Below are positions 47,538 through 57,352 of a stretch of 64,000 bases of DNA, piece after piece. Numbering within the stretch: position 1 is the stretch's first letter; each line of letters begins with the position of its first letter. The DNA comes from Longimicrobiales bacterium. GTDB taxonomy: Bacteria > Gemmatimonadota > Gemmatimonadetes > Longimicrobiales > Gaopeijiaceae. Under the pieces are notes generated by a model. That model ran no database searches and was not told the DNA's origin. It saw only the letters and a list, made by a program, of their open reading frames with translations. Position numbers and translations under genes: made by a program. The stretch is from contig OZ220732.1 of assembly GCA_965116905.1 (NCBI GenBank), positions 1,600,001 through 1,664,000 of the forward strand, in the 5' to 3' direction.

Positions 47538-47785
47538 TCGTTCCCCGGATAAAGCCTGGACCTCTCGAACGCGGCGATGATATCGTCGTCGTCCGCGTCG
47601 AAGTCCGGGGCCAGCCGGATCCGGCCTTCGAGGCCGCCGGGCTCCCGACGATCGAGTCGCTCGCGGTAGGGCGTCAGTCGCAACCAGGGGCGCCCCGACT
47701 TGCAGATCACGATCTCTTCGCCCTGCCACGCCAGTCGGGCCAGGCGGGAGAGTTGCGACTTGGCTTCGTGCATGTTGACCCTCAT
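47534..47785 (-). CDS. Phd/YefM family antitoxin
   Basis: VNMHEAKSQLSRL...GEEIVICKSGRP. Confidence 0.9.
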   Translation of the reverse strand: MRVNMHEAKSQLSRLARLAWQGEEIVICKSGRPWLRLTPYRERLDRREPGGLEGRIRLAPDFDADDDDIIAAFERSRLYPGNE

Positions 47786-47918
47786 GGGGAGCGCCCTCCG
47801 CGTCAAGCTGAGGTGATCCAAGTTGGCTAAACTTAGGCTAGCTAATTACAAAGCCGCTAGCAAGACTCAGGGTTTTCCCCCTATCGGGTTCAGGGCTTTT
47901 CCGGCTCCAGATGGGCGG

Positions 47919-49352
47919 CTACGTTTCGTTCTGAGCCGCCCTGGGAGCCTGCGGACCGCCCCCCAGATCCACCACCTCGATATCCCGCCAGCGCACCTTT
48001 ATCCCGCCACCGTCGTGGATCTGTAGCGCAATCGAGCCCGTGCCGGCACCGACGCCCTCATCCACCAGATCCACCATCCGCGTCCCATTCAGCCAGGTCG
48101 TGACCCGGTCTCCCACCGCGCGGACCCGCATCGTGTTCCAGTCGCCCATCTGGAGCGCGGCATCCAGCGCCGGGTCGGGCTGCACGAGCCATCCGCGGCC
48201 GTACGACTCGTAGATGCCGCCGGTGAAGAGGCCCGGGGGCGCGACCTCGGCCTGCCAGCCGCTGACGGTCGTGCCTTCGACGCTCGAGCGGAAGAAGACG
48301 CCGCTGTTGCCGTCGGCCTCCTGCTTGAAGTCGACGGTGAGGTCGAAGTCGCGGAAGGTGCGGTCGGTGGTGAGATAGCCGTAGGCGGCGTCGGGGCCGC
48401 TTTCGCAGATCAGTTCGCCGCTGTCGACGTACCAGCGCTCGGTGCCGTGGACCTGCCAGCCGTCGAGGTCGGTGCCATTGAACAGCGAGACGGGTTCGAG
48501 CGGGAGGATCCTGATGTTGCGATAGAAGACGTTGCGGCCGTGGTCCTGCAGGCCGATCGGGCCGGCGGGTGCGCGGCCGTACTGCGGGAAGGGGGCGAAC
48601 TTGCTGGCGGCGACGAGCGCCTCCCACTCGGGCGAGCCGAGCACGTATTCCACCGTCCTGGTGCCGTTCAGCCAGTGCTCGACGTGGTTGTTGGCGACGC
48701 GGATGCGGGCGGTGTTCCACTGGCCGGGGCCGTGGAGGGTCTTCGCGCCCGCGGCGTGCAGGTCGTAGTTGTCGCCGGTCAGGTGCGTGTTCATGTCCAT
48801 CGTGCCCATCTCGATGTACGCGGTGTCGTCGAGGACCTGGTACTCGGGCGCGTTGTGCCAGATCGCGGCGCCGGGCTCCTCGATCACCCGGTAGAGGACG
48901 CCGCTGTTGGCGACCTCGGAGAGCATGAACTCGAACTTGAGATCGAAGTCGGTGAAGGACTCGGTGGTGACGATGTCGCCGCCGATGGGGACGTCGGGGT
49001 CGGTGGCGGTCGCGCCGACAACGAGCATGCCGTCGACCACCGCCCAGCCGGTGTCGGGAAAGGCCTCGAGGTTGTAGCCGCGCCAGCCCTCGGTGGTCTC
49101 GCCGTCGAAGAGGAGGCGCCAGCCCGCGGCGCGCTCGGCGTCGGTGAGGGTGTTGGGGGGAGTGGTCGTGGGGTCGGGATCGGCGGCCGCAGCGGCACCG
49201 GGGGCGGCCTGGGCGCCGGAGCCATCGGCGTCGCCCGAGCAGGCAGCAGTGGCGACGGCCATGAGCATGGCCAGGAGGACAGCCAGGCTCCACGGCAAGG
49301 GGCGGCCGACCGCGGGACCGACCACAGTATGTATTTTGTGTAAAATACGCAT
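47919..49352 (-). CDS. Lipoprotein with two DUF1080 (3-keto-disaccharide hydrolase) domains; start uncertain
   Basis: LFDGETTEGW..NSG..LQDHG and LFNGTDLDGW..NSG..LQIH; lipobox AAC. Confidence 0.88.
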   Translation of the reverse strand: MRILHKIHTVVGPAVGRPLPWSLAVLLAMLMAVATAACSGDADGSGAQAAPGAAAAADPDPTTTPPNTLTDAERAAGWRLLFDGETTEGWRGYNLEAFPDTGWAVVDGMLVVGATATDPDVPIGGDIVTTESFTDFDLKFEFMLSEVANSGVLYRVIEEPGAAIWHNAPEYQVLDDTAYIEMGTMDMNTHLTGDNYDLHAAGAKTLHGPGQWNTARIRVANNHVEHWLNGTRTVEYVLGSPEWEALVAASKFAPFPQYGRAPAGPIGLQDHGRNVFYRNIRILPLEPVSLFNGTDLDGWQVHGTERWYVDSGELICESGPDAAYGYLTTDRTFRDFDLTVDFKQEADGNSGVFFRSSVEGTTVSGWQAEVAPPGLFTGGIYESYGRGWLVQPDPALDAALQMGDWNTMRVRAVGDRVTTWLNGTRMVDLVDEGVGAGTGSIALQIHDGGGIKVRWRDIEVVDLGGGPQAPRAAQNET

Positions 49353-50773
49353 TATACCAGCCTCATGTCGTCGGGATCCCAGCGGACGATCCGGTCCTCG
49401 AAGTAGCTGAGGTTGCAGGCCAGCGCCGGGGCGGCCGCGCGCATCCCGAAGGCCGCGTCCTCGAGCGCCGGAGGGCCGCCGCGGATCGCCTGGAAAAAGT
49501 TGAAGAAGTGGTCGACATGGGCACCGCGGTAGCCGCGCTCGACCTCGTATCGGGTCTCGGCCGGGGGCAGCATGCGAACCCGTGCGGGGAGGCCGCCTTC
49601 GCCCGCCGCCGCTTCGGCCATCTTCTCCTGCGAGAAGGCGTCCATGGGGTCGACCGCAACGTTCTTGCGAAGCACAACATCGGTCCACGTCACGTCCATC
49701 GCGCCTTCGCTCCCGACCAGGCGGAGGAAGGTGCTGCCCGAAGTCCCGTCCACGAAGTTGACGCGGAGCGACAGGTTGAAGCCCGGGTGCGTGTCGGTTT
49801 CGGGGTAGTCGAAGACGCCGAGGAGCACGTCCGGCACCTCGCGGCCGTCCTTCCAGTAGCGGAGTCCCCCGGCGGCCTGGATGCGCGTGGGCCCGCGCGA
49901 GCCGACGACGAAGTGCAGGCTGGAGAACAGGTGCACGAAGAGGTCGCCGGCGACCCCGGTACCGTAGTCGCGGTAGTTGCGCCAGCGGAAGATGCGGAGC
50001 GGGTCGTACGGCCGGTCGGGGGCGGGTCCGAGGAAGCGTTTCCAGTCGACGGTGTCTTCCGATGCGTCCGGCGGAATGGGATACTGCCATGCTCCGATGG
50101 GATCGTTGCGCGCCCAGAAGCCCTCGGCGTAGTTGAGCTGGCCGATGGCGCCGGCCTCGTACAGCTCCTTGGCCTTCTCGTTGCCGAGCGAGCTCATGCC
50201 CTGGCTGCCCACCTGGAAGACCTGGCCCGACTCGCTCTGCGCGCGGATCAGGTCGTGGCCCTCGGCGATGTTGTGCACCATCGGCTTCTCGCAGTAGACG
50301 GCCTTGCCGGCGCTGAGCGCGTCGACCGAGATCGGCTGGTGCCAGTGATCGGGCGTGCCGACGATGATGGCGTCGACGTCGTCGCGGCTGATCACTTCGC
50401 GGTAGTCGCGCGTGGTGAAGATGTCGCCGTGGCGCTCGCGGGCGGCGTCGAGGCGGCCATCGAAAACGTCGCAGGCGGCGACGAGCTCCACGCCCGGGAT
50501 ACGGAGCGCGGTGTCGACATCGGCCATCCCCATGCCGCCGGCGCCGACCACGGCCAGGCCGATGCGGTCGGAGGGCGGGAGCTGGTTGGCCGGCTGCCGG
50601 TGGGGCGAGGCAATGTCCTGGCGGGACAGTGTCCGGTGCCTCACGCGGGTCTCACCCGACACCAGCGAAGGGAGGCCGGCGGCCAGCGCCGAGCCGGCCG
50701 CGACGGACTTGACGAACTTGCGCCGGCTACTGGCGGCGGGTCGCTCGGGACTGGACTTTCTCTCTTGGCTCAT
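49352..50773 (-). CDS. Tat-exported Gfo/Idh/MocA oxidoreductase
   Basis: RRKFVK; GAGGMG, TPDHWH, CEKP, DLFVH. Confidence 0.92.
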   Translation of the reverse strand: MSQERKSSPERPAASSRRKFVKSVAAGSALAAGLPSLVSGETRVRHRTLSRQDIASPHRQPANQLPPSDRIGLAVVGAGGMGMADVDTALRIPGVELVAACDVFDGRLDAARERHGDIFTTRDYREVISRDDVDAIIVGTPDHWHQPISVDALSAGKAVYCEKPMVHNIAEGHDLIRAQSESGQVFQVGSQGMSSLGNEKAKELYEAGAIGQLNYAEGFWARNDPIGAWQYPIPPDASEDTVDWKRFLGPAPDRPYDPLRIFRWRNYRDYGTGVAGDLFVHLFSSLHFVVGSRGPTRIQAAGGLRYWKDGREVPDVLLGVFDYPETDTHPGFNLSLRVNFVDGTSGSTFLRLVGSEGAMDVTWTDVVLRKNVAVDPMDAFSQEKMAEAAAGEGGLPARVRMLPPAETRYEVERGYRGAHVDHFFNFFQAIRGGPPALEDAAFGMRAAAPALACNLSYFEDRIVRWDPDDMRLV

Positions 50774-50873
50774 GGCTGCGGCTGCGTTGGAGGTCGGGAC
50801 GGCGGGCCCGGGCCCGCGGCTGGCCCGAAAACGTAAGCGCCTGCCGATCAGGTCAGCAAAGAAGGGGGAAAGA

Positions 50874-51482
50874 ATGAAGACGACGGCCGTGTTCCTGCTG
50901 CTGGCTTTCGGGGCTGCTGACGCCTGCCTCACTCGCTCCGTGCCCGACGCGGACCCCGTGCGGGTCGTCGTCGAGACCTCGATGGGCACCTTCGAACTGG
51001 ACGTGGACGTCGACCGAGCCCCCGTGACGGCCAACAACTTCCTCCGCTACGTCGATGGCGGCCACTACGATGGCGGCGCCTTCTTCCGCACCGTCCACGC
51101 GGCGAACCAGCCCAACGACTCGATCCGGATCGCTGTGGTGCAGGGCGGGCGGAACCCGGGGGCGGCGGCGGCGTCCCTCCCGCCGATCCCGCTGGAACGC
51201 ACCAGCGAAACCGGGATCCTTCACACCGACGGCGCGATCTCGATGGCGCGCGGCGGCCCCGACACCGCCACGCACAGCTTCTTCATCTGCATCGGCGACC
51301 AGCCGTCACTCGATTTCGGCGGCATGCGCAACCCGGACGGGCAGGGGTTCGCGGCGTTCGGGAGCGTGGTTGTGGGGATGGATGTGGTGCGCGCGATCCA
51401 TGAAGCGCCGTACGAGGCGCAGCAGCTCACGCCGGCGGTGGGGATCGTGAGGGCTTATCGGAAGATGAGTGGCGGGCGATGA
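50874..51482 (+). CDS. Cyclophilin-type peptidyl-prolyl isomerase, exported
   Basis: APVTANNFLRYV, VVQGG, ISMAR, FAAFGSVV.GMDVV. Confidence 0.9.
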   Translation: MKTTAVFLLLAFGAADACLTRSVPDADPVRVVVETSMGTFELDVDVDRAPVTANNFLRYVDGGHYDGGAFFRTVHAANQPNDSIRIAVVQGGRNPGAAAASLPPIPLERTSETGILHTDGAISMARGGPDTATHSFFICIGDQPSLDFGGMRNPDGQGFAAFGSVVVGMDVVRAIHEAPYEAQQLTPAVGIVRAYRKMSGGR

Positions 51483-52470
51483 ACCTTGAAGTCCCCTTGG
51501 GCAACAGCAGGTCGTCTGAAATCGCAGCGATCTCTTCCGCTTCCTTCCAGGCCTGTTCGAGTCGCCATAGTTCGCCTTGGAGCGCTCGGCGTTCCTGTTC
51601 TTCGTGGAGCGCCATCTCGAGCCCGAGCCTGATCGGTTTCGGCATCTTGTTGACGTAGCCGTTGAGACCGTTCCGGCTGTAGTCGCCTTGCCGGCCGGCT
51701 ATGTCACGTACGAATCGCTGCGGTCCACCTCGGGATTCGATCTCGGAAACCGCTTGCCGTACGGCGCTGGCCCTTGCGCCCATGATGTTGAACGAGGGGA
51801 TGATCGTGGCCAGTGCGCGCCGAGCGTCCTCTCCCTCCAACCATTCGCGGTGGCTGCCAACCCATTTTCCGTTGGCAGTCTGTATTCGGAAGCCGACCTC
51901 GTCGTCGGTGGCTTCGATTCGCGTGGCCGACCCGACTTCGCCGGTCTTCATCGATGTAACTCTGCCGTCTGAACCGCGGATCCGGATGCGGGTTCGGGAC
52001 ATCCACATCTGGTAAGAGAACTGGGCGAGGTTCAGGGCGAAGGAGGCGCCACCGATTCCGATGAGCGCCCCGCCGGCTACGATCCCGCCGGCCGTCGCCA
52101 GGCCCGCGACGCTCCCGTACACAATCATCCGGTTGCGCCGCCTGCCAAACTGGTCCCCGTACCGCCACGCCGCGAACTCGGGCCTGAGCGGCTTCCCGAT
52201 CCGCACCAGTTCCAGCCCCTCGGGATGTCGCGCCAGCCCTACGTTCTCCGAGGAAGTGCGGAGTCGTGTGCCGCGGAAGAGCTTCTCGCACGTTTCCACA
52301 GCCTCCCAGCGCTCTTCCAGCGGAGTGAGGTTCCACCGCTCGCACCTGCGGCACACCACCCATAGCCGCCCCTTCGCCGCGTCGAAGGCCAGGCGGCGAC
52401 CCACAGGGAAGCTCTCAAGCACCTCGTTGGAGCCGAGCGACTTCTTGCAGAACATGCATGTGGTGTACAT
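51427..52470 (-). CDS. Hypothetical protein with N-terminal zinc ribbons and TM region
   Basis: CMFC, CRRC; LEMALHEEQERRAL; WKEAEEIAAISDDLL. Confidence 0.75.
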   Translation of the reverse strand: MYTTCMFCKKSLGSNEVLESFPVGRRLAFDAAKGRLWVVCRRCERWNLTPLEERWEAVETCEKLFRGTRLRTSSENVGLARHPEGLELVRIGKPLRPEFAAWRYGDQFGRRRNRMIVYGSVAGLATAGGIVAGGALIGIGGASFALNLAQFSYQMWMSRTRIRIRGSDGRVTSMKTGEVGSATRIEATDDEVGFRIQTANGKWVGSHREWLEGEDARRALATIIPSFNIMGARASAVRQAVSEIESRGGPQRFVRDIAGRQGDYSRNGLNGYVNKMPKPIRLGLEMALHEEQERRALQGELWRLEQAWKEAEEIAAISDDLLLPKGTSRFIARHSSSDKPSRSPPPA

Positions 52471-52546
52471 GGCTTAGCTTACGTGGATGACACCTTTCAC
52501 GGAGTCATTGGAAGCCGGCCGCCTCCCCGAGTCAAGGAACGTTACC

Positions 52547-52924
52547 GTGAGACACCTCATCGCCGTGATACTCGCCAGTTTGCTCGCCCCGCCGGCCCTC
52601 GCGCAGCATCGAGCCTCTCCCGGCCCCTGGGAGGGTCACGCGGAAGAAAGGACGGACGAAGTCTTCTACGGCTTTGCCGCCGTGGGCATGGCAACGGGGA
52701 TTGTGGTCGCCTCGCAGGTATGCTCGGACGACAAGCGCCAACGCATCGGGCTGGGGCTCGAGTCCGGGGGGATCTGCCGCGAGAGCAAGCACTGGTCGCG
52801 GCTGAACGGTGCGATTCTGGGTACGGGCGTGGGCGTCTTGACGTGGTGGCTGTTCCGCAAGGCGAAGCCGTTCGACTCGGTGTCGGTGGGCGAGTTTGTG
52901 ACGTTCAGGATACCGCTGGGCTAG
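52547..52924 (+). CDS. Small exported/membrane hypothetical protein
   Basis: GTG start, signal peptide ending ALA-Q, two hydrophobic segments. Confidence 0.6.
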   Translation: MRHLIAVILASLLAPPALAQHRASPGPWEGHAEERTDEVFYGFAAVGMATGIVVASQVCSDDKRQRIGLGLESGGICRESKHWSRLNGAILGTGVGVLTWWLFRKAKPFDSVSVGEFVTFRIPLG

Positions 52925-53216
52925 CAGTCCGTGGACAAAATCCCCCCGGCATTCGAGCGGCGATGCATCCGGGCCGGACGCTCGGCCTCACCTCATCAAA
53001 CTGTAAATCAAAATTTACACGATGTCATGTTTACCTTACATATTCGGTTGTCGGGGCCGCGCTCTGCGTTGCTCCTCGGGCCCGTAGCGCTGCTACTGGC
53101 CCTTCGTCGCGCCTTGCCGGCCCGGCGCCTCGCCGCTCTCGGTGCTCGGGCGGCTTCATCCACGGACTGCTAGTTCCCGAGGCGTCCCAACCCCGGCAGC
53201 AGCACCTTCCGCACCC

Positions 53217-54770
53217 CTACTGGCCCGGTGGCCCTCCCGGCCCCGGCGGCGGCTCCCCCAGGACGAAATCCCGCCGGTAGTACAGGGTGCCGCGCTTGAC
53301 CGTCAACTCCACCGAGCGGAGGCTCTCCGCGCCGGCCAGCGGGTCCTCGCGCAGGAACGCGATGTTGGCGTGCTTGCCGGGTTCCAGCGTGCCGATCGTG
53401 TCCTCCAGGCCGAGGGCGACCGCGCCGTGGTAGCTGGCCGCCTTCAGCACCTCCAGCATCGGCATGCCCACTTCCTCGTGCAGCAGGCGGATCTCCTCGT
53501 GGAGCGCCGGGAAGAGGGAATCGGGCGGGGTCATGCCGTCCGTGCCCGCGGCGATCATAACGCCGGCCTCGTAGGCCTTCCGCGTCAGGGCCATCGCGTC
53601 GGCCGTCTCGCACCTTGGACGCACGCCGCGGCGGCGGCGGTCGATCGGGGGAACGGGTGGGCGGTCCGGGCGGCCCTGGCGGGCGCGGGCGCTGTCCCCG
53701 GCGGCGCGCGGACCGCGTGCCCGGGCGGAGTCCCCAGCTGCACCCGCGGGCCGCGCCCCCACCGTATCCACCGCCGCCATGCGCCGCTGCCCGACCTGGA
53801 CCACGATCCGCAGCGTCGCGTCCAGGACCGTCCCGTTCCGCCGCATCGCCGCGAAGACCGAGTCGATCGCCGGGTCGTCGGGGTCCACGTCCACGAACCC
53901 GGAACGCAGCCCCTCCTGCCCTTCCTGGAACACGTCGTCGGGGATCGCCGCGCTGCCGACGTCGCATACATGAGACATCGCGCGTACGCCCGCGCGCGCA
54001 ACCTCCAGCGCCCGTGCGGGCCCGACGTGCACGTGCGCCCACACCGGGATCCCCTGCCGGCGGGCCTCGGCCGCGATTGCCGCGAGCAGGTCCCCGTCGA
54101 TCGCCGCGTAGGTCTTGATCCCGGTCGCCCAGGTCCCCCGTGCCAGCGTCACGGCCTCGCGCAGGTCCGTCTCCTCGGTGATCGCCTGCATCCAGGTAAC
54201 CGCGCCCGGCGTCTCACCCGCCGCCGACGACACCGTGCGCGGGTCGGTGAAGAACTCGGGGCCGGCCATCAGCGCCGCAAAGCGCAGGTCGGGCGCGTCG
54301 ATCTCCTTCACGAGCGAAGCCCGCTGCAGGTCCATGAGCGAGCGTACGTCGCCCGCCATGTCCCGCGCCGTCGTGATGCCGCCGTAAAGCTGGCGGTTGA
54401 GGATGAACTCGGCCCGGGCGCGGTTCGCCATCGTGGCCACGTGAGTATGCGACTCGATCAGGCCCGGGATCGCGAACCACGCACTTGCATCCACCACTTC
54501 GGCCCCATCGCGCCGCTCGGCGCCCAGTTCGCCCACAGGAAGGACCGCGACGATCTCTTCCCCCTCCAGAACAATGGCCATATCGGTCCGCGGGGGAGCG
54601 CCTGTGCCGTCGATCACCGTCGCGCCCTCGAAGATGATCCTGGCGGGGGGCTCCGCCTCCGCGTCCGGCACCTGGGCCTGCAGACGCCCGCTCGAAGCCG
54701 GCAACACCCCGACCATCACCCCGGCCGCCGACGCCATCAGGACCGCGATTGCCTTGTCGCGTGCGTTCAT
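53217..54770 (-). CDS. Exported amidohydrolase family protein
   Basis: PGLIESHTH, GITTARD, AGTD, GTLEPGKHAN. Confidence 0.88.
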   Translation of the reverse strand: MNARDKAIAVLMASAAGVMVGVLPASSGRLQAQVPDAEAEPPARIIFEGATVIDGTGAPPRTDMAIVLEGEEIVAVLPVGELGAERRDGAEVVDASAWFAIPGLIESHTHVATMANRARAEFILNRQLYGGITTARDMAGDVRSLMDLQRASLVKEIDAPDLRFAALMAGPEFFTDPRTVSSAAGETPGAVTWMQAITEETDLREAVTLARGTWATGIKTYAAIDGDLLAAIAAEARRQGIPVWAHVHVGPARALEVARAGVRAMSHVCDVGSAAIPDDVFQEGQEGLRSGFVDVDPDDPAIDSVFAAMRRNGTVLDATLRIVVQVGQRRMAAVDTVGARPAGAAGDSARARGPRAAGDSARARQGRPDRPPVPPIDRRRRGVRPRCETADAMALTRKAYEAGVMIAAGTDGMTPPDSLFPALHEEIRLLHEEVGMPMLEVLKAASYHGAVALGLEDTIGTLEPGKHANIAFLREDPLAGAESLRSVELTVKRGTLYYRRDFVLGEPPPGPGGPPGQ

Positions 54771-54801
54771 GACCTCGGCGTCTCCTTGCTCCTGCCGGGC
54801 T

Positions 54802-56118
54802 CTACCGGACCTCCACCGGCACCGTCCGGACGACGATGGTGGGTACGTCGAACTCGTCCAGCTCGATGAAGGCAACGCGCCCGTCGGGCCCGAAAGCCGC
54901 CGGCATCTCCGTCTGGTCCTCGCCGAATGTGCCCACGTACTCGCCGTCCGCGCCGAAGACATCGATGGGGCCCTCGTCGTCCCACGGTTCCTCGCCCCGG
55001 CGCTGAACCCACAGGCTCCCGTTCCAGGTGGCCCGGATCGCGCGTATCACGGGGATTTCGTCGAAGAAGGGCGCATTCTCGATCCCCTCGCGTATGGCGT
55101 CTCCACTGCCGCTCATGAGGTCCACCAGGCCCCGCATCGCCTCCGGAGCTTCCTCCGCCTCACTCTGGAATTCCTCGATCCGCTGCTCGATCGTTGCCGC
55201 TCGGATTCGCGGCGTAACCCGTTCGGGACGCAGCGGGCGTGTCAGCACGGCGAGGACCGACCCGTCGGGGGCCCGCAGCCTGATTGCGTATGCCGAGGAA
55301 TCGGAGTAGGCGATGGTGCCGTCGGGGAGGAGATCCCAGTGGAGTGCGGGCTCGTAGTGGGTGACTTGCCCGAACATGCTCCCCATCATTGCGGATACGT
55401 TCGTCAGGTCGCTGGCGCTCAGCTCCGGCGCGGGCTCGGACGGCGGGGACCAGGCCTGCAGGACCGGTTCGGCGGCGACGACATCGCCGGACAGGTCCAG
55501 CCGCTCGATGCCGTGATCGTCGACTCCGTCAGGCGTCTCGATCTCCAGTCCCATCATCTCGGCCATCGCGGTCGACAATCCGCCGAGCATGCCCGGCACC
55601 CCCTGTGCGAGCAGGGACCCGCCGTCGGGTTCGCCACGCAGCGCGCTGCGCATCCTGGTCATCATCGCCAACGGGTTGTCGTCTCCGCCCATGTTGACTA
55701 AGCGCTCCAGCTCGCCCGCCGGATCGAAGAGCTGGTAGGCGCTGTGCCCCATGTCGGCGACGGCGATCCGGCCATCCCGCCAGACCACCAGGTCTCCGGC
55801 GGACCGGAATTCTCCGGGTCCCTCCCCCGGGCCACCGATGGTTCGGACCAGCTGCCCTTCCGGGCCGATCACAACGACCTGGGCCGCCAGGACATCCAGC
55901 ATGAACAGGTTGCCGGATTCGTCGAAGCCCATCGATCCGGGCATGGTGAACTGCGCCCACTCGGGAGCGGCGACCCCGCCGACGCGATAGACCTCGTCGA
56001 AACTTGCGTCCAGCGGGCGATCCCGGTCCTGGGCGGTGGCGGGAGCGACGGAGGCGGTGGAGCAGGCGGTGGCCACGATTGCGGCGGCACGCAAACACGT
56101 GCTGACAACGGTTCTCAC
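54802..56118 (-). CDS. 6-bladed beta-propeller protein
   Basis: GGPGEGPGEF, IDVF..DGEYVGT, DEFDVPTIVV. Confidence 0.8.
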   Translation of the reverse strand: MRTVVSTCLRAAAIVATACSTASVAPATAQDRDRPLDASFDEVYRVGGVAAPEWAQFTMPGSMGFDESGNLFMLDVLAAQVVVIGPEGQLVRTIGGPGEGPGEFRSAGDLVVWRDGRIAVADMGHSAYQLFDPAGELERLVNMGGDDNPLAMMTRMRSALRGEPDGGSLLAQGVPGMLGGLSTAMAEMMGLEIETPDGVDDHGIERLDLSGDVVAAEPVLQAWSPPSEPAPELSASDLTNVSAMMGSMFGQVTHYEPALHWDLLPDGTIAYSDSSAYAIRLRAPDGSVLAVLTRPLRPERVTPRIRAATIEQRIEEFQSEAEEAPEAMRGLVDLMSGSGDAIREGIENAPFFDEIPVIRAIRATWNGSLWVQRRGEEPWDDEGPIDVFGADGEYVGTFGEDQTEMPAAFGPDGRVAFIELDEFDVPTIVVRTVPVEVR

Positions 56119-56358
56119 AATTCCTTGTCCTGTCTTTTGGCCGGGTTCGCACCGCGGCTTGGACGTCGCCGCCCACCCTCGGACAATGTACGCAATTCCC
56201 GGGTGCTCTGTTCACCGGCGGCCCGGCGGCCCGGCGCGCACTCGTCGGCTGCCCCACGCGGACCCGCCCGGCGGCCCTGCCGGCCCAACCGGCTTTTGCT
56301 CCCGGGAACAGATGACGTACTTTTAGGATTACCCCTTTTTTGAAGGAGTTTCCGCCAC

Positions 56359-57321
56359 GTGTCTTCCTCAGCACATCTGGCGTTTGAGCGGGACATAGTC
56401 GAGTTGGAGGACCAGATTGCCCGTCTGCGGGAGATGGCCTCCAAGCGTGGCCTGGACGTGGCCGACGAGATCCGCGTCCTGACCGGCAAGCTCGATGTGC
56501 TTCGCGACGAGACGTATCGCAACCTGACCCCGATGGAGCAGGTGCAGGTTGCCCGCCACCCGAAACGCCCGTACACCCTGGATTACGTGTCGGGGATCTT
56601 CACCGACTGGTTCGAGCTCAAGGGCGACCGGGGCTACCGCAACGACGAGGCGATCGTGGGCGGGTGGGCCCGGCTGAACGGCCAGTCCATCATGGTGATC
56701 GGGCACCAGAAGGGCCGGGACATGAAGGCGAACCTGCGCCGCAACTTCGGGATGCCCCACCCGGAAGGCTACCGCAAGGCGCTCCGCCTCATGCGCATGG
56801 CGGAGAAGTTCGGGCGTCCCGTCGTGACGATGATCGACACCCCGGGCGCCTATCCGGGCTTCGGCGCGGAGGAGCGCGGCCAGGCGGAGGCGATCGCCAC
56901 GAACCTGCGCGAGATGGCGCGCCTGCGGGTCCCGACGATTTCGGTGGTGATCGGTGAGGGCGGCTCCGGCGGCGCCCTGGCCCTGGGCGTCACGGACCGC
57001 ATCCTGGTGCTCGAGCACTCGATCTACTCGGTGATCTCGCCCGAGGGATGCGCCGCCATCCTGTGGCGGTCCGCCGACGAGCGGGAAAGCGCCGCGCGGG
57101 CGTTGCGGCTGACGTCTGCCGATCTGTTGTCGCTGGGCGTGGCGGACGAGCTGATTCCGGAACCGCCGGGCGGGGCTCATGCCGATCCCGAGTCCGCGAT
57201 GACCGCGCTCGGCGACGCCCTTCAGCGGCACCTCGACGAACTTGGCGGAATTGCGCCCGACGACATGTTGGCGCGGCGCTGGGCCAAGTACGAGGCCCTC
57301 GGCGAATGGACCGAGGTGTAG
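56359..57321 (+). CDS. accA: Acetyl-CoA carboxylase carboxyltransferase alpha subunit
   Basis: ARHPKRPYTLDY, NFGMPHPEGYRKALRLM, GEGGSGGALA, VISPEGCAAILW. Confidence 0.97.
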   Translation: MSSSAHLAFERDIVELEDQIARLREMASKRGLDVADEIRVLTGKLDVLRDETYRNLTPMEQVQVARHPKRPYTLDYVSGIFTDWFELKGDRGYRNDEAIVGGWARLNGQSIMVIGHQKGRDMKANLRRNFGMPHPEGYRKALRLMRMAEKFGRPVVTMIDTPGAYPGFGAEERGQAEAIATNLREMARLRVPTISVVIGEGGSGGALALGVTDRILVLEHSIYSVISPEGCAAILWRSADERESAARALRLTSADLLSLGVADELIPEPPGGAHADPESAMTALGDALQRHLDELGGIAPDDMLARRWAKYEALGEWTEV

Positions 57322-57352
57322 CAGCCCGTGGACACGGACCGTTAGAGCCAGC

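Noticed and set aside
47919..50090. 723-aa version of the DUF1080 ORF, and other long N-terminal extensions (57850, 60423, 44187, 20477)
   Set aside because: The extensions overlap upstream genes in another frame and are Arg/Pro-rich noise
51427..51482. 56-bp convergent overlap of the cyclophilin and zinc-ribbon genes
   Set aside because: Involves only low-complexity tails; common in GC-rich genomes
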